Positions 20,616-30,593 are shown, counted from the first letter of the stretch. The stretch: DNA of 64,000 nucleotides from Pseudomonadota bacterium (GCA_024743055.1 JANSXH010000004.1:37729-101728); one strand, 5' to 3'. Numbers and translations: made by a program. Notes: a model not told the origin generated them from the letters alone.

Positions 20616-20650
20616 AGAACAACCGGCGCTTGCCGGTTGTTCTGTTTTTG
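20616..20650 (+). terminator. intrinsic terminator after the thiolase
   Basis: AGAACAACCGGC-gctt-GCCGGTTGTTCT-GTTTTTG. Confidence 0.7.
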
Positions 20651-20673
20651 GCACATAAAAAAGGAGAAAAATA

Positions 20674-21477
20674 ATGCCGGATACAGCTGTTGCGGAAATG
20701 ACTGTCGAGAACGGGATCGCCACCATCACCATGACCCGCCCCAAACAAAGGAATGCCTTTACCCAGGAGTTGCAGGATTTCCTCTCCAGCAAAGTGAAGG
20801 AAATTGCTGGGCGGACGGATATTGACGTTGTTATCATCACCGGCAGCGGCGGCAGCTTCAGTGGCGGCGGCGATATCAAGGGAATGCTCAAGAACCAGCC
20901 GAAGGAAGGGCAACCCGGCGCCGACTATCGCAAACGGATTTATGCCATCAATGACTGGATCCAGCGCCTGCGCAATCTCGAGGTACCGGTGATTGCGGCG
21001 GTGGACGGCGCAGCCTATGGCGGTGGTTTCTCTCTCGCCCTTTGCGCGGACTTTATCCTTTGCTCACCAACCGCGCGCTTCTGCTCGGTCTTTTGCCGCA
21101 TCGGCGCGGTGCCCGACTGCGGCATCATGTATGTGTTGCCACGTATGATTGGTCTGCAGCGGGCCAAGGAAATCATGTATACGGGCCGCCCCATCCCGGC
21201 CGAGGAAGCAAAAGAGATCGGTCTTGCCTTTGCGATCCATCCGGCGGAGGAACTGGCAGAGGCGGCCTTGACACTGGCCAAGCGCCTGCAGCCGGCAAGC
21301 CGCAAGACCTTTGCCCTAACCAAGCGCATCACCAATCAGACATTTGAGCTGGACAGCCAGACCTTGCTGGAAATGGAGGCGGCGGCCCAGGAAATCTGCT
21401 TTACCACAGACTACAACAAGGACGCCGTCGCCCGCTTCACCCGCAAGGAGCCGCTGCTTTTCAACTGGGAAAGCTGA
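20674..21477 (+). CDS. crotonase-family enoyl-CoA isomerase/hydratase, PaaG-like
   Basis: FSGGGD, VIAAVDGAAYGGGFSLAL, IGAVPD. Confidence 0.85.
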   Translation: MPDTAVAEMTVENGIATITMTRPKQRNAFTQELQDFLSSKVKEIAGRTDIDVVIITGSGGSFSGGGDIKGMLKNQPKEGQPGADYRKRIYAINDWIQRLRNLEVPVIAAVDGAAYGGGFSLALCADFILCSPTARFCSVFCRIGAVPDCGIMYVLPRMIGLQRAKEIMYTGRPIPAEEAKEIGLAFAIHPAEELAEAALTLAKRLQPASRKTFALTKRITNQTFELDSQTLLEMEAAAQEICFTTDYNKDAVARFTRKEPLLFNWES

Positions 21478-21480
21478 ACG

Positions 21481-23025
21481 TCAGACGGCGGCGAGCTGCA
21501 GATCGCCAACCTCGTCTATTAGTACCCGTTTCAGGACTTTGCCCGTGGCGTTGCGAGGGAGTTCGTCCATGAACACCACATGCTTGGGGATCTTGTATTT
21601 GGCGAGCTTGTCCTGGCAATAGAGGATCAGATCGTCTTTATCGAAGTCCGCCTCCGGCGCCTTGACAACTACGGCGCAGCCGACCTCGTCCCAGCGATCA
21701 TCGGGAACCCCAATAATGGCGAGATCGGCAATACCCTCCATCTTGAACAATACGCTTTCGACCTCGGCCGGATAGACATTTTCGCCACCGGAAATATACA
21801 TGTCCTTCCAGCGGTCAACGATATAGTAATGGCCGTCTTCATCGACCCGGCAGGCATCGCCGGTATGCAGCCAGCCATCAGTGATCGCCTCCGCATTGGC
21901 TTCGGGCCGGTTCCAGTAGCCCGGTGTGATATTGGGTCCCTTGACCCAAAGCTCCCCGGTTTCCCCTTGCGCTACATCTTCTCCGTTCTCGCCTACAACC
22001 CGCACCTCGGTATTGAGGGCAACCTTGCCGGTGGAGCCCGGCTTGCCAGTGGCCATGGCTGCGTCCTGCGCCAGAACCGTCGGACTGGTTTCGGTCATGC
22101 CATAGCCCTGCTGCAGGGCCACCCCGTATTTCTCGTATGTTTCCAGAAGCGGCACGGGCGTGGGCGCCCCCCCGATCCCGGCGCAGACCAAACGCGAAAA
22201 ATCGGTCGTCGCAAAGGCCGGATGCTGGCTCATAAACAGGTAATTGGCGGGTACCCCGAAGAAATGGGTGAGGCCGGTATTCGCGTCATCAATGAGGCGC
22301 AGGCATTCCCCCGGATCGAAGGCTCGCATGACCAGAGTTGTCCCGCCCACATAAAGCGCAACGGAGCTATAGCAATTGAGCCCGCCCGTATGAAACAGCG
22401 GCAAAATGGTCAGGGCGACGGTATCGGGGCTCAGCTTCATGGGAAAGCCGAGATTGATTGCGTTATAGAAGGTCATGCCATAGGTATTGATGGCCCCTTT
22501 CGGCAGACCCGTCGTGCCGGAGGTATACATAATCGTCCAGACATCTTCATGGGTGATCTCGGCCAAAACCGGATCCGGAGAGGCCCCGCTGATGGCCGCC
22601 TCATAAGCGGTGTCACCACCGCCGCCGGTCGTCTCAAGGCTATGGGTAAAAGGCGTTTTATCTTTGAGCTCCGCAATCTCACCGGCAAATTGCGCATCAT
22701 GGATCATGACTTTGGGCGCGGCGTCGGTGATGATAAATTCCAGCTCCGAAACCGTCAGCCGCCAGTTCAGCGGCAGAAAGATCGCCCCGATCTTGGCGCA
22801 GGCACTCTGTACTTCCAGAATATCCGTGGAGTTCATGGCTAGCACCCCGACCCGGTCCCCTTTCTCGATCCCGCAGTTGCGCTGCAGGTGAGCGGCCAGG
22901 CGCAGGCTCCTATCATCCGCCTCGGCATAGGAAAAGGAACGATTGGAATGCAGATCAATCCAGACCGTTTTTTCCGGCACCCGCTCCGCATGATGGGCCA
23001 GCCAATCGTAATGTTTTACCGCCAT
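21481..23025 (-). CDS. AMP-forming acyl-CoA synthetase (long-chain/feruloyl-like)
   Basis: YTSGTTGLPKG, GYGMTE, TGD, DRWKDM, PRNATGKV; ATG 23025 after GGAGG. Confidence 0.9.
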   Translation of the reverse strand: MAVKHYDWLAHHAERVPEKTVWIDLHSNRSFSYAEADDRSLRLAAHLQRNCGIEKGDRVGVLAMNSTDILEVQSACAKIGAIFLPLNWRLTVSELEFIITDAAPKVMIHDAQFAGEIAELKDKTPFTHSLETTGGGGDTAYEAAISGASPDPVLAEITHEDVWTIMYTSGTTGLPKGAINTYGMTFYNAINLGFPMKLSPDTVALTILPLFHTGGLNCYSSVALYVGGTTLVMRAFDPGECLRLIDDANTGLTHFFGVPANYLFMSQHPAFATTDFSRLVCAGIGGAPTPVPLLETYEKYGVALQQGYGMTETSPTVLAQDAAMATGKPGSTGKVALNTEVRVVGENGEDVAQGETGELWVKGPNITPGYWNRPEANAEAITDGWLHTGDACRVDEDGHYYIVDRWKDMYISGGENVYPAEVESVLFKMEGIADLAIIGVPDDRWDEVGCAVVVKAPEADFDKDDLILYCQDKLAKYKIPKHVVFMDELPRNATGKVLKRVLIDEVGDLQLAAV

Positions 23026-23071
23026 TTTTGTCCTCCCAGATAACTTGTAGTATGTCTGCAATTATTTCGAA

Positions 23072-24262
23072 TTATATTTCCATTTGCCGGGCGACCAGAT
23101 CCCGCATGATCTCTTCGGAGCCGCCTCCAATGGCCATAACCCGCACCTCCCGGTAAATCCTCTCGACCCGGCAACCGCGCATATAGCCGGCACCGCCGAG
23201 GACCTGCATGGCCTCCCTGGCACAGAATTCCATGGTCAAGGTCGCCTGAACCTTGAGAAGGGAAAGATCCGCAACCGGCTTTTCCCCGTTCTGAACCCGA
23301 AGCGCGCATTGCTCCAGATAGGCCTGGGTCGCGTTGATTTTCCGCGCCATCTCGGCGAACTTATGACGGATCACCTGATGATCAGCGAGACGCTGGCCAA
23401 AGGTGTGGCGCTCCCGTGCCCAGGCAACGGCGTCTTCCAGGCAGACCCGGGCCAGCGCATTGGCACTCGCCGCCATGCCCAGCCGCTCATTATTGAAATT
23501 GGTCATGATGCCGATAAAGCCTTTGTTTTCCTCCCCGATCAGGTTTTCCGCCGGGACCCGAACATCATCAAAATAAAGTGCTGCCGTATCCGATGCCCAC
23601 CAGCCCTGCTTCTTCAGCGACGTTCGGGTAAAACCCTCTCGATCCCGCTCGATCAACAGCAGGGAGACACCACTCCGCCCCTCCCCGCCGGTACGCACGG
23701 CAACCGAGTAATAATCCGCCCGCATGCCGCCGGTAATAAACATCTTGGAACCATTGACCACATAATGATCCCCGTCCCGAACGGCCCGGGTCTTGATATT
23801 GGCCACATCCGACCCGCCGGAGGGCTCGGTAATGGCGAGGGCGTGGATTTTTTCTCCGGCCAGCACTTGAGGCGCGATCCGCTCCTTCATGGAATTCGAG
23901 CCGGTCGCCAGTACCGGCGGCAGGCCAATGCTATGAACCATCAGGCTGGCATTGATACCGCCCGCGCCCATGCGCGCCAATTCCTCGGCAGTGACCATCT
24001 GAAAAAAGCTGTCGGCGACCGGCGTTCCCCCATATTCTTCCGGATATCCGAGCCCAAGCAGGCCGACATCAGCGGCTTTCCTGTAGAGCTCCCGCGGAAA
24101 CTCCCCGGCTTCATCCCACTCATCGACAAAGGGCATGATCTCCTTGTCGATAAAGCTGCGCAATGTGGCCCGCCAGGCCGCATGGTCTTCCGTGTAGTTC
24201 GGGCCGAGATATCGATGGTCAAAATCGAACGGATTGTCTCCGTCTTCAAAGCGGGGCGCCAT
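23072..24262 (-). CDS. acyl-CoA dehydrogenase
   Basis: Likely start MAPRFED at 24262 (the track's extension overlaps the next gene); AITEPSGGSD, GSKMFIT, FNNERL, IGGGSEEIM. Confidence 0.88.
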   Translation of the reverse strand: MAPRFEDGDNPFDFDHRYLGPNYTEDHAAWRATLRSFIDKEIMPFVDEWDEAGEFPRELYRKAADVGLLGLGYPEEYGGTPVADSFFQMVTAEELARMGAGGINASLMVHSIGLPPVLATGSNSMKERIAPQVLAGEKIHALAITEPSGGSDVANIKTRAVRDGDHYVVNGSKMFITGGMRADYYSVAVRTGGEGRSGVSLLLIERDREGFTRTSLKKQGWWASDTAALYFDDVRVPAENLIGEENKGFIGIMTNFNNERLGMAASANALARVCLEDAVAWARERHTFGQRLADHQVIRHKFAEMARKINATQAYLEQCALRVQNGEKPVADLSLLKVQATLTMEFCAREAMQVLGGAGYMRGCRVERIYREVRVMAIGGGSEEIMRDLVARQMEI

Positions 24263-24418
24263 TCTGTTTTCCTTTTTATTGAGCGGCGGGCCATTCCTGT
24301 TTTCTGCGGGTATCATGCCCAATTTTCTGGAAATAAAAAAGGAAATTGAATCCCCTAACTGATCCCCGTACACTCCACATCGAACAAACGGCCCTCTTTC
24401 GAGATAAGGAAAAATCCC

Positions 24419-25267
24419 GTGACCTATAGCTGCTTCGATGTCGAGATCGACAATAATATCGCCCATATCATTCTCAACCGGCCCAAAAAGCGCAACAGCA
24501 TGATCAAGGAATTCTGGGATGAACTGCCGGAAATCGTCCGGGACATCGATAATCATGCCAAGGCACGGGTAATTGTCATTTCCTCCACCGGACCTCATTT
24601 TACCTCCGGTCTGGATGTCAGTTCCTTCATGCGGCCGGAAATCTCGGACCCTGAAGAGCAACGCGCCGCCCGCATTCGCGCCGGGGCCGATTTCTACGCC
24701 ACGGTTAAGAATATGCAGGATAGTTTTTCGGTGCTGGAGCAATGCCGGATCCCGGTCATCGCTGCCATTCAGGGGGGCTGTATCGGTGGCGGTGTCGATC
24801 TGATCACCGCCTGCGATATGCGCTATGCCACCGAAGATGCCTTTGTCACCATATTCGAGACCAATATCGGCATGACCGCCGATGTCGGTACCTTCCCCCG
24901 TATCACCAAGCTGATTCCCGATGGTATCGCGCGGGAGCTATCCTATACCGGTCGCCGTATGCCCGCAGATGAGGCGAAAGATTGCGGCCTCGTCAATAAG
25001 GTGTTTGAGAATCAGGAAGCGATGATGGAAGCCGTTATGGCCCTGGCGGCGGAGATTGCCAGCAAGGCGCCTCTCGCCATTACCGGCTGTAAACAGATGA
25101 TGAATTATTCCCGGGATCACTCGGTCGCTGACAGCCTCGATTATATCGCCATTTGGAATGCCAGCATGCTGCAGCGGGAGGAAATCTTCGAGGCCATGAA
25201 AGCCAATGCCGAGAAGCGGCCTGGAGAATTTGTCGACCTGCCGCCGGTGAAGAAGCAGATCGGCTGA
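24419..25267 (+). CDS. crotonase family, delta3,5-delta2,4-dienoyl-CoA isomerase-like
   Basis: FTSGLD, GGGVDL, FETNIGMTADVGT (E...D pair as in ECH1-type isomerases). Confidence 0.8.
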   Translation: MTYSCFDVEIDNNIAHIILNRPKKRNSMIKEFWDELPEIVRDIDNHAKARVIVISSTGPHFTSGLDVSSFMRPEISDPEEQRAARIRAGADFYATVKNMQDSFSVLEQCRIPVIAAIQGGCIGGGVDLITACDMRYATEDAFVTIFETNIGMTADVGTFPRITKLIPDGIARELSYTGRRMPADEAKDCGLVNKVFENQEAMMEAVMALAAEIASKAPLAITGCKQMMNYSRDHSVADSLDYIAIWNASMLQREEIFEAMKANAEKRPGEFVDLPPVKKQIG

Positions 25268-25277
25268 TCCCCTCCTG

Positions 25278-25544
25278 TCAGGGGCGGCTCCTTTCGCGAT
25301 CCGTATCCCTCGTCAAGGAGCCATAGAGCGGTGCATGTCCCTGGTAGACGAGCCTAAAAGAGATATCCTTCCCGCCGCATTTCTTGCATCGAAGACTTTT
25401 GCGAAAGACGCCGAGATCGTAATCGGCGCCATACATCATTTCGAGATATTCCGGAGTGAACTGCACCGCCCGCTGGCATTCCAAGGTGCCGCAGAAGACC
25501 CAGAGGTGATTGTTCCCTTGTTTCAGTTTTTTGACCGTAAGCAT
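25278..25544 (-). CDS. small hypothetical Zn-ribbon protein
   Basis: 88 aa, C-x4-C and LRCKKCGG motifs. Confidence 0.55.
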   Translation of the reverse strand: MLTVKKLKQGNNHLWVFCGTLECQRAVQFTPEYLEMMYGADYDLGVFRKSLRCKKCGGKDISFRLVYQGHAPLYGSLTRDTDRERSRP

Positions 25545-25672
25545 TCAAAACCCATAGCATTCCGATCAAAAGGGACGTCAATGGGATTTCCATTAAATAG
25601 GATAAAAATGTGACATAAGTCATACTTTAGAAAGAGGCCTTTACCGCTGATTTTGACCATAGCGGTGAATGT

Positions 25673-25712
25673 TTGTTGACTTAGTCAACAAGTTAGTGGA
25701 CTGAGTCAACAA
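25673..25712. repeat. tandem palindromic 19-mers with 21-bp period
   Basis: TTGTTGACTTAGTCAACAA and TAGTGGACTGAGTCAACAA (16/19 identical). Confidence 0.7.
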
Positions 25713-25750
25713 AAAAGCCGGAGGAGACGGGTGTCTCAACTCCGGCTTTT
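25711..25750 (-). terminator. intrinsic terminator downstream of the tRNA
   Basis: AAAAAAGCCGGAG...CTCCGGCTTTT. Confidence 0.75.
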
Positions 25751-25755
25751 GATGT

Positions 25756-25832
25756 TGGTGGCTCCTCCCAGACTCGAACTGGGGACACATGGATTATGAT
25801 TCCATTGCTCTAACCAACTGAGCTAAGGAGCC
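25756..25832 (-). tRNA. tRNA-Met (CAT), elongator
   Basis: GGCTCCTTAGCTCAGTTGGTTAGAGCAATGGAATCATAATCCATGTGTCCCCAGTTCGAGTCTGGGAGGAGCCACCA; cloverleaf, encoded CCA, G1-C72 and U4-A69. Confidence 0.92.
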
Positions 25833-25936
25833 ATCGATATGCGGACCGATCGGATCAGGAACCCGTGCGGCACGTCATTTAGAGCCCGGTTTTTAGGGCT
25901 TTTACAAAGGCCTGTCAAGCGACGAAATCGGAATTT

Positions 25937-27082
25937 TCAGGCCGACGCCCGAACCTTTGAAGACAGCTTGACCGGGGCTTCGGTTCCAACGATCCAGCCG
26001 CCGCCGAGCAACCGGTCTTCATCATAGATCACACAGGCCTGACCGGGGGAAACCCCCTGCTCCGCCTCGTTTAACTCGACCTCGGCCCAGCCGTCGGCGG
26101 TGCCGTAAAGGGTCGCGGCCACCGGTTCCTGGGTGGAGCGGACTTTGACAGTGACGGGAACGCCTTCCTCCCCAAGGGGCTGATCGCCGATCCAATTAAG
26201 TTCCCGCAGGGTGATTTTGGAGACGAGCAACGCTTCCACAGGGCCGACAATGACCCGGTTCTGATCGGGATCGATGCGCACCACATAAAGCGGGCTGCCT
26301 GTCGCTACCCCGAGACCGCGACGCTGGCCGATGGTGTAATTGATAATGCCTGTATGACGTCCGAGAACCGTCCCGTCCATATCGACGATATCCCCGGCAA
26401 CTCCCGCCCCCGGCCGCATCCGCTCGATCACCGAGGCGTAATTGCCATTCGGCACAAAACAGATATCCTGGCTTTCGGGCTTGGCGGCAACGGCGAGATT
26501 ATATTTATCCGCGAGTGCCCGCGTTTCGTCCTTGGTCAACCCGCCGAGAGGGAAACGGAGATAATCCGCCTGCTCCTGAGTGGTGGCAAACAGGAAATAG
26601 CTCTGATCCTTGACGGCGTTCTGACCGCGATACAACCGCGCCTGGCCATCCACTTCGTCCCGCCGCAGATAATGCCCCGTCGCCAGCGCCTCCGCCCCGA
26701 GATCCTGCGCCGTTTCCAACAGGTCGCGGAACTTCACCGTCTGATTACAGCGCACACAGGGCACAGGGGTTTCGCCGCGCAAATAGCTGTCGGCAAACTC
26801 TTCCATGACACTGTCCTGAAAACGGCTTTCATAATCGAGCACATAATGGGGAATGCCAATGGCCTCTGCCACCCGCCGGGCATCATGGATATCCTGACCG
26901 GCACAACAGGCGCCTTTTTTCTGCACCGCGACGCCGTGATCATAGAGCTGCAAGGTGATGCCAACCACGTCATAGCCCTGGTCTTTGAGCAAGGCAGCCG
27001 TCACCGAACTGTCGACGCCGCCGGACATGGCGACAACGACACGGGTGTCTTCAGGGGCAGAATTTAGACCAAGTGAATTCAT
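25937..27082 (-). CDS. mnmA: tRNA 2-thiouridine(34) synthase
   Basis: [10 protein letters not shown]-x-PCVRCN, ATGHY, KDQSYFL, SQDICF, TIGQRRG, PGQ; start MNSLGL. Confidence 0.95.
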   Translation of the reverse strand: MNSLGLNSAPEDTRVVVAMSGGVDSSVTAALLKDQGYDVVGITLQLYDHGVAVQKKGACCAGQDIHDARRVAEAIGIPHYVLDYESRFQDSVMEEFADSYLRGETPVPCVRCNQTVKFRDLLETAQDLGAEALATGHYLRRDEVDGQARLYRGQNAVKDQSYFLFATTQEQADYLRFPLGGLTKDETRALADKYNLAVAAKPESQDICFVPNGNYASVIERMRPGAGVAGDIVDMDGTVLGRHTGIINYTIGQRRGLGVATGSPLYVVRIDPDQNRVIVGPVEALLVSKITLRELNWIGDQPLGEEGVPVTVKVRSTQEPVAATLYGTADGWAEVELNEAEQGVSPGQACVIYDEDRLLGGGWIVGTEAPVKLSSKVRASA

Positions 27083-27165
27083 GGCGGGCAATATAGGGGC
27101 ACCGCGCCAATATGCAAGCTTTTCGGTAGAGGACGGACCACTCAAGAGGCCCGCCAAAAAGCGTT

Positions 27166-28125
27166 TTAAATGAAGTTGAGCAGACTCAATCGGTTAATCT
27201 GGCTCAAGACATTATAGGAGGCTTCGAGCGCGAAATTTTTCTGATTGAGATTGGTGATCGCTTCCGCCGCATCGATATCCTCGATATTGCTGATCAGCTC
27301 CTCTGCCTGATTTTTCTGCAACATTAGAGAGGCCTGCGCCTCCTCAATGGTTTTCTGGTTCAGACCATTATCGCCACGAAAGGCACTGATATTATCTATC
27401 AGCTGTTCAAGATTGGCGATCTCACCGACCAGGAAATCCTGATCTTCCTGACTGAGAGGTGTACCAAAGTTGCCGGACGGGCCAACCGGTACCGGTGCCG
27501 TGGTCGGCACAATCCCGTTTTGCCACATGGCCAACCGCTGGAATGCGGTCATGATTTCAAGGCCGAGTTCGTCGGCAACAATTCCAGTTTCCAACGTCCG
27601 GTTTTCATCAATTCGAACGGCGGTTTTAAGATCATTATTCTGGAAGATATCGGTTGGCGGTTCCGCCGCGACCAGCAAATCATTTATCGAGGTGATGCTG
27701 ACCGGTGGTGTATCCCGGTTGGTACCACCGAACAAATATCCTTCCGTATTCTGACTGTTGAGAAAATTCAGCACATTCTCAAACGAGCCTTCAATGGTCG
27801 AATATAGCCCTTGGGTCGAGGCCGTGTTGATGGCCGACATCACCGCACCCAGAACATCCCCTCCTGAGCTTTCAATACCAGCGATAGCCTGGTCGTAACT
27901 GGCGAGGCGGCTCAGGATCCGGCTGTTATTGACCTGATGCTGTTCCAACCGCGCCAGCAATGACTTGGCACCGGTCAGGCTGGTGATATCCATATGGATA
28001 TCCTTGTAATGCTCCGCAACATGGCCAGTGGTCACCTGAAGCTGGGCTTTAGCGGCCTGTTTTTGAGCCGCCAGCATTTCATTGAGAAGAACCTGGCTTT
28101 GCTGAAAAGTGGAAACACGTGTCAT
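27166..28125 (-). CDS. flgL: flagellar hook-associated protein 3 (flagellin family)
   Basis: MTRVST start, YLFGG, C-terminal LEASY...RLSLLNFI; follows flgK. Confidence 0.8.
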   Translation of the reverse strand: MTRVSTFQQSQVLLNEMLAAQKQAAKAQLQVTTGHVAEHYKDIHMDITSLTGAKSLLARLEQHQVNNSRILSRLASYDQAIAGIESSGGDVLGAVMSAINTASTQGLYSTIEGSFENVLNFLNSQNTEGYLFGGTNRDTPPVSITSINDLLVAAEPPTDIFQNNDLKTAVRIDENRTLETGIVADELGLEIMTAFQRLAMWQNGIVPTTAPVPVGPSGNFGTPLSQEDQDFLVGEIANLEQLIDNISAFRGDNGLNQKTIEEAQASLMLQKNQAEELISNIEDIDAAEAITNLNQKNFALEASYNVLSQINRLSLLNFI

Positions 28126-28135
28126 CGATTTTCTC

Positions 28136-30232
28136 CTAAACGATATTCAGCAGAGTGTCATACATCTCGCGGGCCGTGGTGATCAGGCGCGCCGAGGCGT
28201 TATAGGCATTCTGGTAAATGATAAGATTGGCAAGTTCCTCGTCCATATTGACGCCGGAGACTTCCTGCATGCGGGTGTCGAGAGCGCCGGCAAGAGCTTC
28301 ACGATCTGACTGCAGGCTATCTGCCCGAGCGGCATCTAGACCGGCCTTGGCCAGGATCTGGGAAGCATATTCCGAAGTGGTCACCGTCGATCCAGTAAGC
28401 CCGCCCAATGTCTCAAAGGACATGGCTGAGGTGGCAAGATTCTGAAAAGCGAGCGCACCGCGGTTATCCGCGATGGTCAGGGACGGCGTTCCCGTCGGAT
28501 CAACTCTGGCCAGAGCGAGGGTCTGGGGATTTTCTGATATTGAGGCGACAACGCCAAACTCCAGACCGGCATCTGAGGGATAGCGCCTACCGACACCAAA
28601 GGTTTCTGGAAAGCTTACACCCGTACCGCCGCGATCCGAACTATCGGAAATCACATTGATCGAATAGTTGTCATAGCCGCTGGCATTGGTAAAGACCAAG
28701 GCACCTTCGGCACTCAAAGACGCTGTGACATAGGGGCCCAAATTCGAATTGATTTCATTGACGACATCGGCCATCGTGCCGCCAATCGCGCCAAAATCGA
28801 TTGTCACCGTTGCCGGTTCCTGCCCGTCCGGACCTTTGACTAAAATCTCAGTGATGCCGGAAAATCCATGGGCATCTCCTGCAACCATTCCCGTATCATA
28901 CGAAGTAGGAACCTTGGCTGAAACCAGGTCATTCATGCCGAAATAATGGGAAAAGCCCCGGCCACCCCGTTCCGACGGAGTTGTAGGGTCCTGGGCAATA
29001 CCAACGCCGCTCGCCCCGCCTTGAGCGGACATGGTCAGTGACCCGCCTGTCAGGGTCAGGGTTCCAGCGCCAAGCGCACCGTTCACTTCTGCCATGACAT
29101 CGGCAATCGTGTTGGTGCCGGCATTATCAAAGTCGACCGTGTAGGACGCCTGGATATTATTGCTGGCATCGAAGCTGTAAAAAGTGGCCTGTCCCGTAAA
29201 GCCATGCAGGTCGGTCGCCAGTGCACCGGTGTTGCGGCCATTTAAGATTGCAGGCGGCGGAACGGCAATATTCTCGTTATGAATGGCGTTGAACTGTTCC
29301 GCAACAGCGGATGCCAGCGCGCCGATCTGAGCGCCAAAATTAGGGAGTTCGATATTCCGCATATCCAGCCATCCGCGTAAAGATCCGCTCTGCAGTTCCG
29401 GATCAAGGGCCTGGCCTGTGGCGGCGACAGTTTGGGATTCGACATCATAGACATTAATGGAAATCTGATCGAAGGTGGTTTCAGACGTCACGATGGCCGC
29501 TGGCGCATAGACCAGTTGCCGCGGCTGAAAGTCCAGCAGCTGCTGACCGGCATCGGTTACAACCGCGATGCCGCCATCTCCCGTCGGATAGGTTTTGATA
29601 TCCATAATCTTGGCAATGCTGTTGAGAGCCTGGTCACGCTGGTCTTCCAACTCACCAATTGGCTGATTACTCTGCGATGCCGATTTGATATCGAGGTTAA
29701 GCTCATGAATGCGCAACAGCGCATCATTGACGATATTCACTTCACTCTGAATATGTGTATCCGCTTCCTTGCGAAGGGCTTCTACCTGGGTCAACAACCG
29801 GTCAGTTTCAATACCAAAATTGGCAAACTCCGCCAGCGCCGCCGTGCGGGAAATTGACATGGACGGATCTACTGCCAAAGACGCAAAGGCCGTATTGAGA
29901 CTGTCGAGTTTTCCGGTCAGGGATTTGTTGTCCGCTGGATCGCCGAGCAAGGACTGCAGTTGGGTATGAATTTCTGACATGGCCCGATACTGCTCTGATC
30001 CGGCTGTCGATAGCCGCAATTCCTTGGCAATAAACTCATCAGTAATACGCCGAACTTCAGAAACCTCGACCCCGGATCCGATACCATTGAGAACCACGGA
30101 GCTATAGTCCACGGTTTTGCGGGCATATCCCTCCGTCTGGACATTGGCGATATTGTTCGAAGTTACGTTGAGGGCCGCCTGATGGCTCAACATCCCCGTA
30201 ACACCTGCATTGAAAATTGCATTCAAGCTCAT
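28136..30232 (-). CDS. flgK: flagellar hook-associated protein 1
   Basis: SNNIANVQTEGYARK; SGVNMDEELANLIIYQNAYNASA. Confidence 0.92.
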   Translation of the reverse strand: MSLNAIFNAGVTGMLSHQAALNVTSNNIANVQTEGYARKTVDYSSVVLNGIGSGVEVSEVRRITDEFIAKELRLSTAGSEQYRAMSEIHTQLQSLLGDPADNKSLTGKLDSLNTAFASLAVDPSMSISRTAALAEFANFGIETDRLLTQVEALRKEADTHIQSEVNIVNDALLRIHELNLDIKSASQSNQPIGELEDQRDQALNSIAKIMDIKTYPTGDGGIAVVTDAGQQLLDFQPRQLVYAPAAIVTSETTFDQISINVYDVESQTVAATGQALDPELQSGSLRGWLDMRNIELPNFGAQIGALASAVAEQFNAIHNENIAVPPPAILNGRNTGALATDLHGFTGQATFYSFDASNNIQASYTVDFDNAGTNTIADVMAEVNGALGAGTLTLTGGSLTMSAQGGASGVGIAQDPTTPSERGGRGFSHYFGMNDLVSAKVPTSYDTGMVAGDAHGFSGITEILVKGPDGQEPATVTIDFGAIGGTMADVVNEINSNLGPYVTASLSAEGALVFTNASGYDNYSINVISDSSDRGGTGVSFPETFGVGRRYPSDAGLEFGVVASISENPQTLALARVDPTGTPSLTIADNRGALAFQNLATSAMSFETLGGLTGSTVTTSEYASQILAKAGLDAARADSLQSDREALAGALDTRMQEVSGVNMDEELANLIIYQNAYNASARLITTAREMYDTLLNIV

Positions 30233-30293
30233 TTTATCGGCTCCCCGCAGCTAGCAGATCGGTCAGAATATGGGGAAAAAACGTCCCGGGCCG

Positions 30294-30306
30294 GGCAATT
30301 CCTGCC
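30294..30306. promoter_or_regulatory. ftr-like FlbD site in the flgK leader
   Basis: GGCA-ATTCC-TGCC. Confidence 0.6.
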
Positions 30307-30355
30307 GTTCCAAAGCGATTTTCCATGGGCTCCTCATGTTCCACAAGAGAACCGG

Positions 30356-30368
30356 TAACCCTTTGATT
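30356..30368 (-). promoter_or_regulatory. IHF site
   Basis: AATCAA-AGGG-TTA on the minus strand matches WATCAA-N4-TTR. Confidence 0.65.
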
Positions 30369-30448
30369 ATAATATCGTATCATCGATCTACTCATATTCT
30401 GTCCGGCCTTTTCCAGCCAATATTGACTTTCTATCTGGACCTATAGGA

Positions 30449-30463
30449 GCAAATTCGATGCCA
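30449..30463 (-). promoter_or_regulatory. sigma54 promoter for flgKL
   Basis: TGGC-ATCGAAT-TTGC (-24/-12). Confidence 0.8.
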
Positions 30464-30558
30464 ACTCCACATCCCCATATATAAGAGCGGGATTTGTTCG
30501 CCTTTTTATGCAGCCAGGATCTCGTCAAAATTTATTCAGCGCGAACAGCAACCTCCCC

Positions 30559-30593
30559 GGCATTTTTCGCACCCGACAGTGGAAATTATTGCC
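30559..30593. promoter_or_regulatory. paired ftr-like sites upstream of fliK
   Basis: GGCA-TTTTT-CGCA and GGAA-ATTAT-TGCC, starts 22 bp apart. Confidence 0.5.

Noticed and set aside
21580-24349. Long plus-strand ORFs of 420 and 421 aa
   Set aside because: Antisense shadows of the GC-rich ligase and ACAD genes, with no recognisable motifs
23072-24742. 556-aa ACAD with a long N-terminal extension in the ORF track
   Set aside because: The extension is antisense to the crotonase at 24419; ACAD-like sequence and an RBS start at 24262
25756-25832. tRNA-Ile2 (lysidine) or initiator tRNA
   Set aside because: Paired G1-C72 and no GGG/CCC anticodon stem argue against the initiator; U4-A69 favours elongator Met over Ile2
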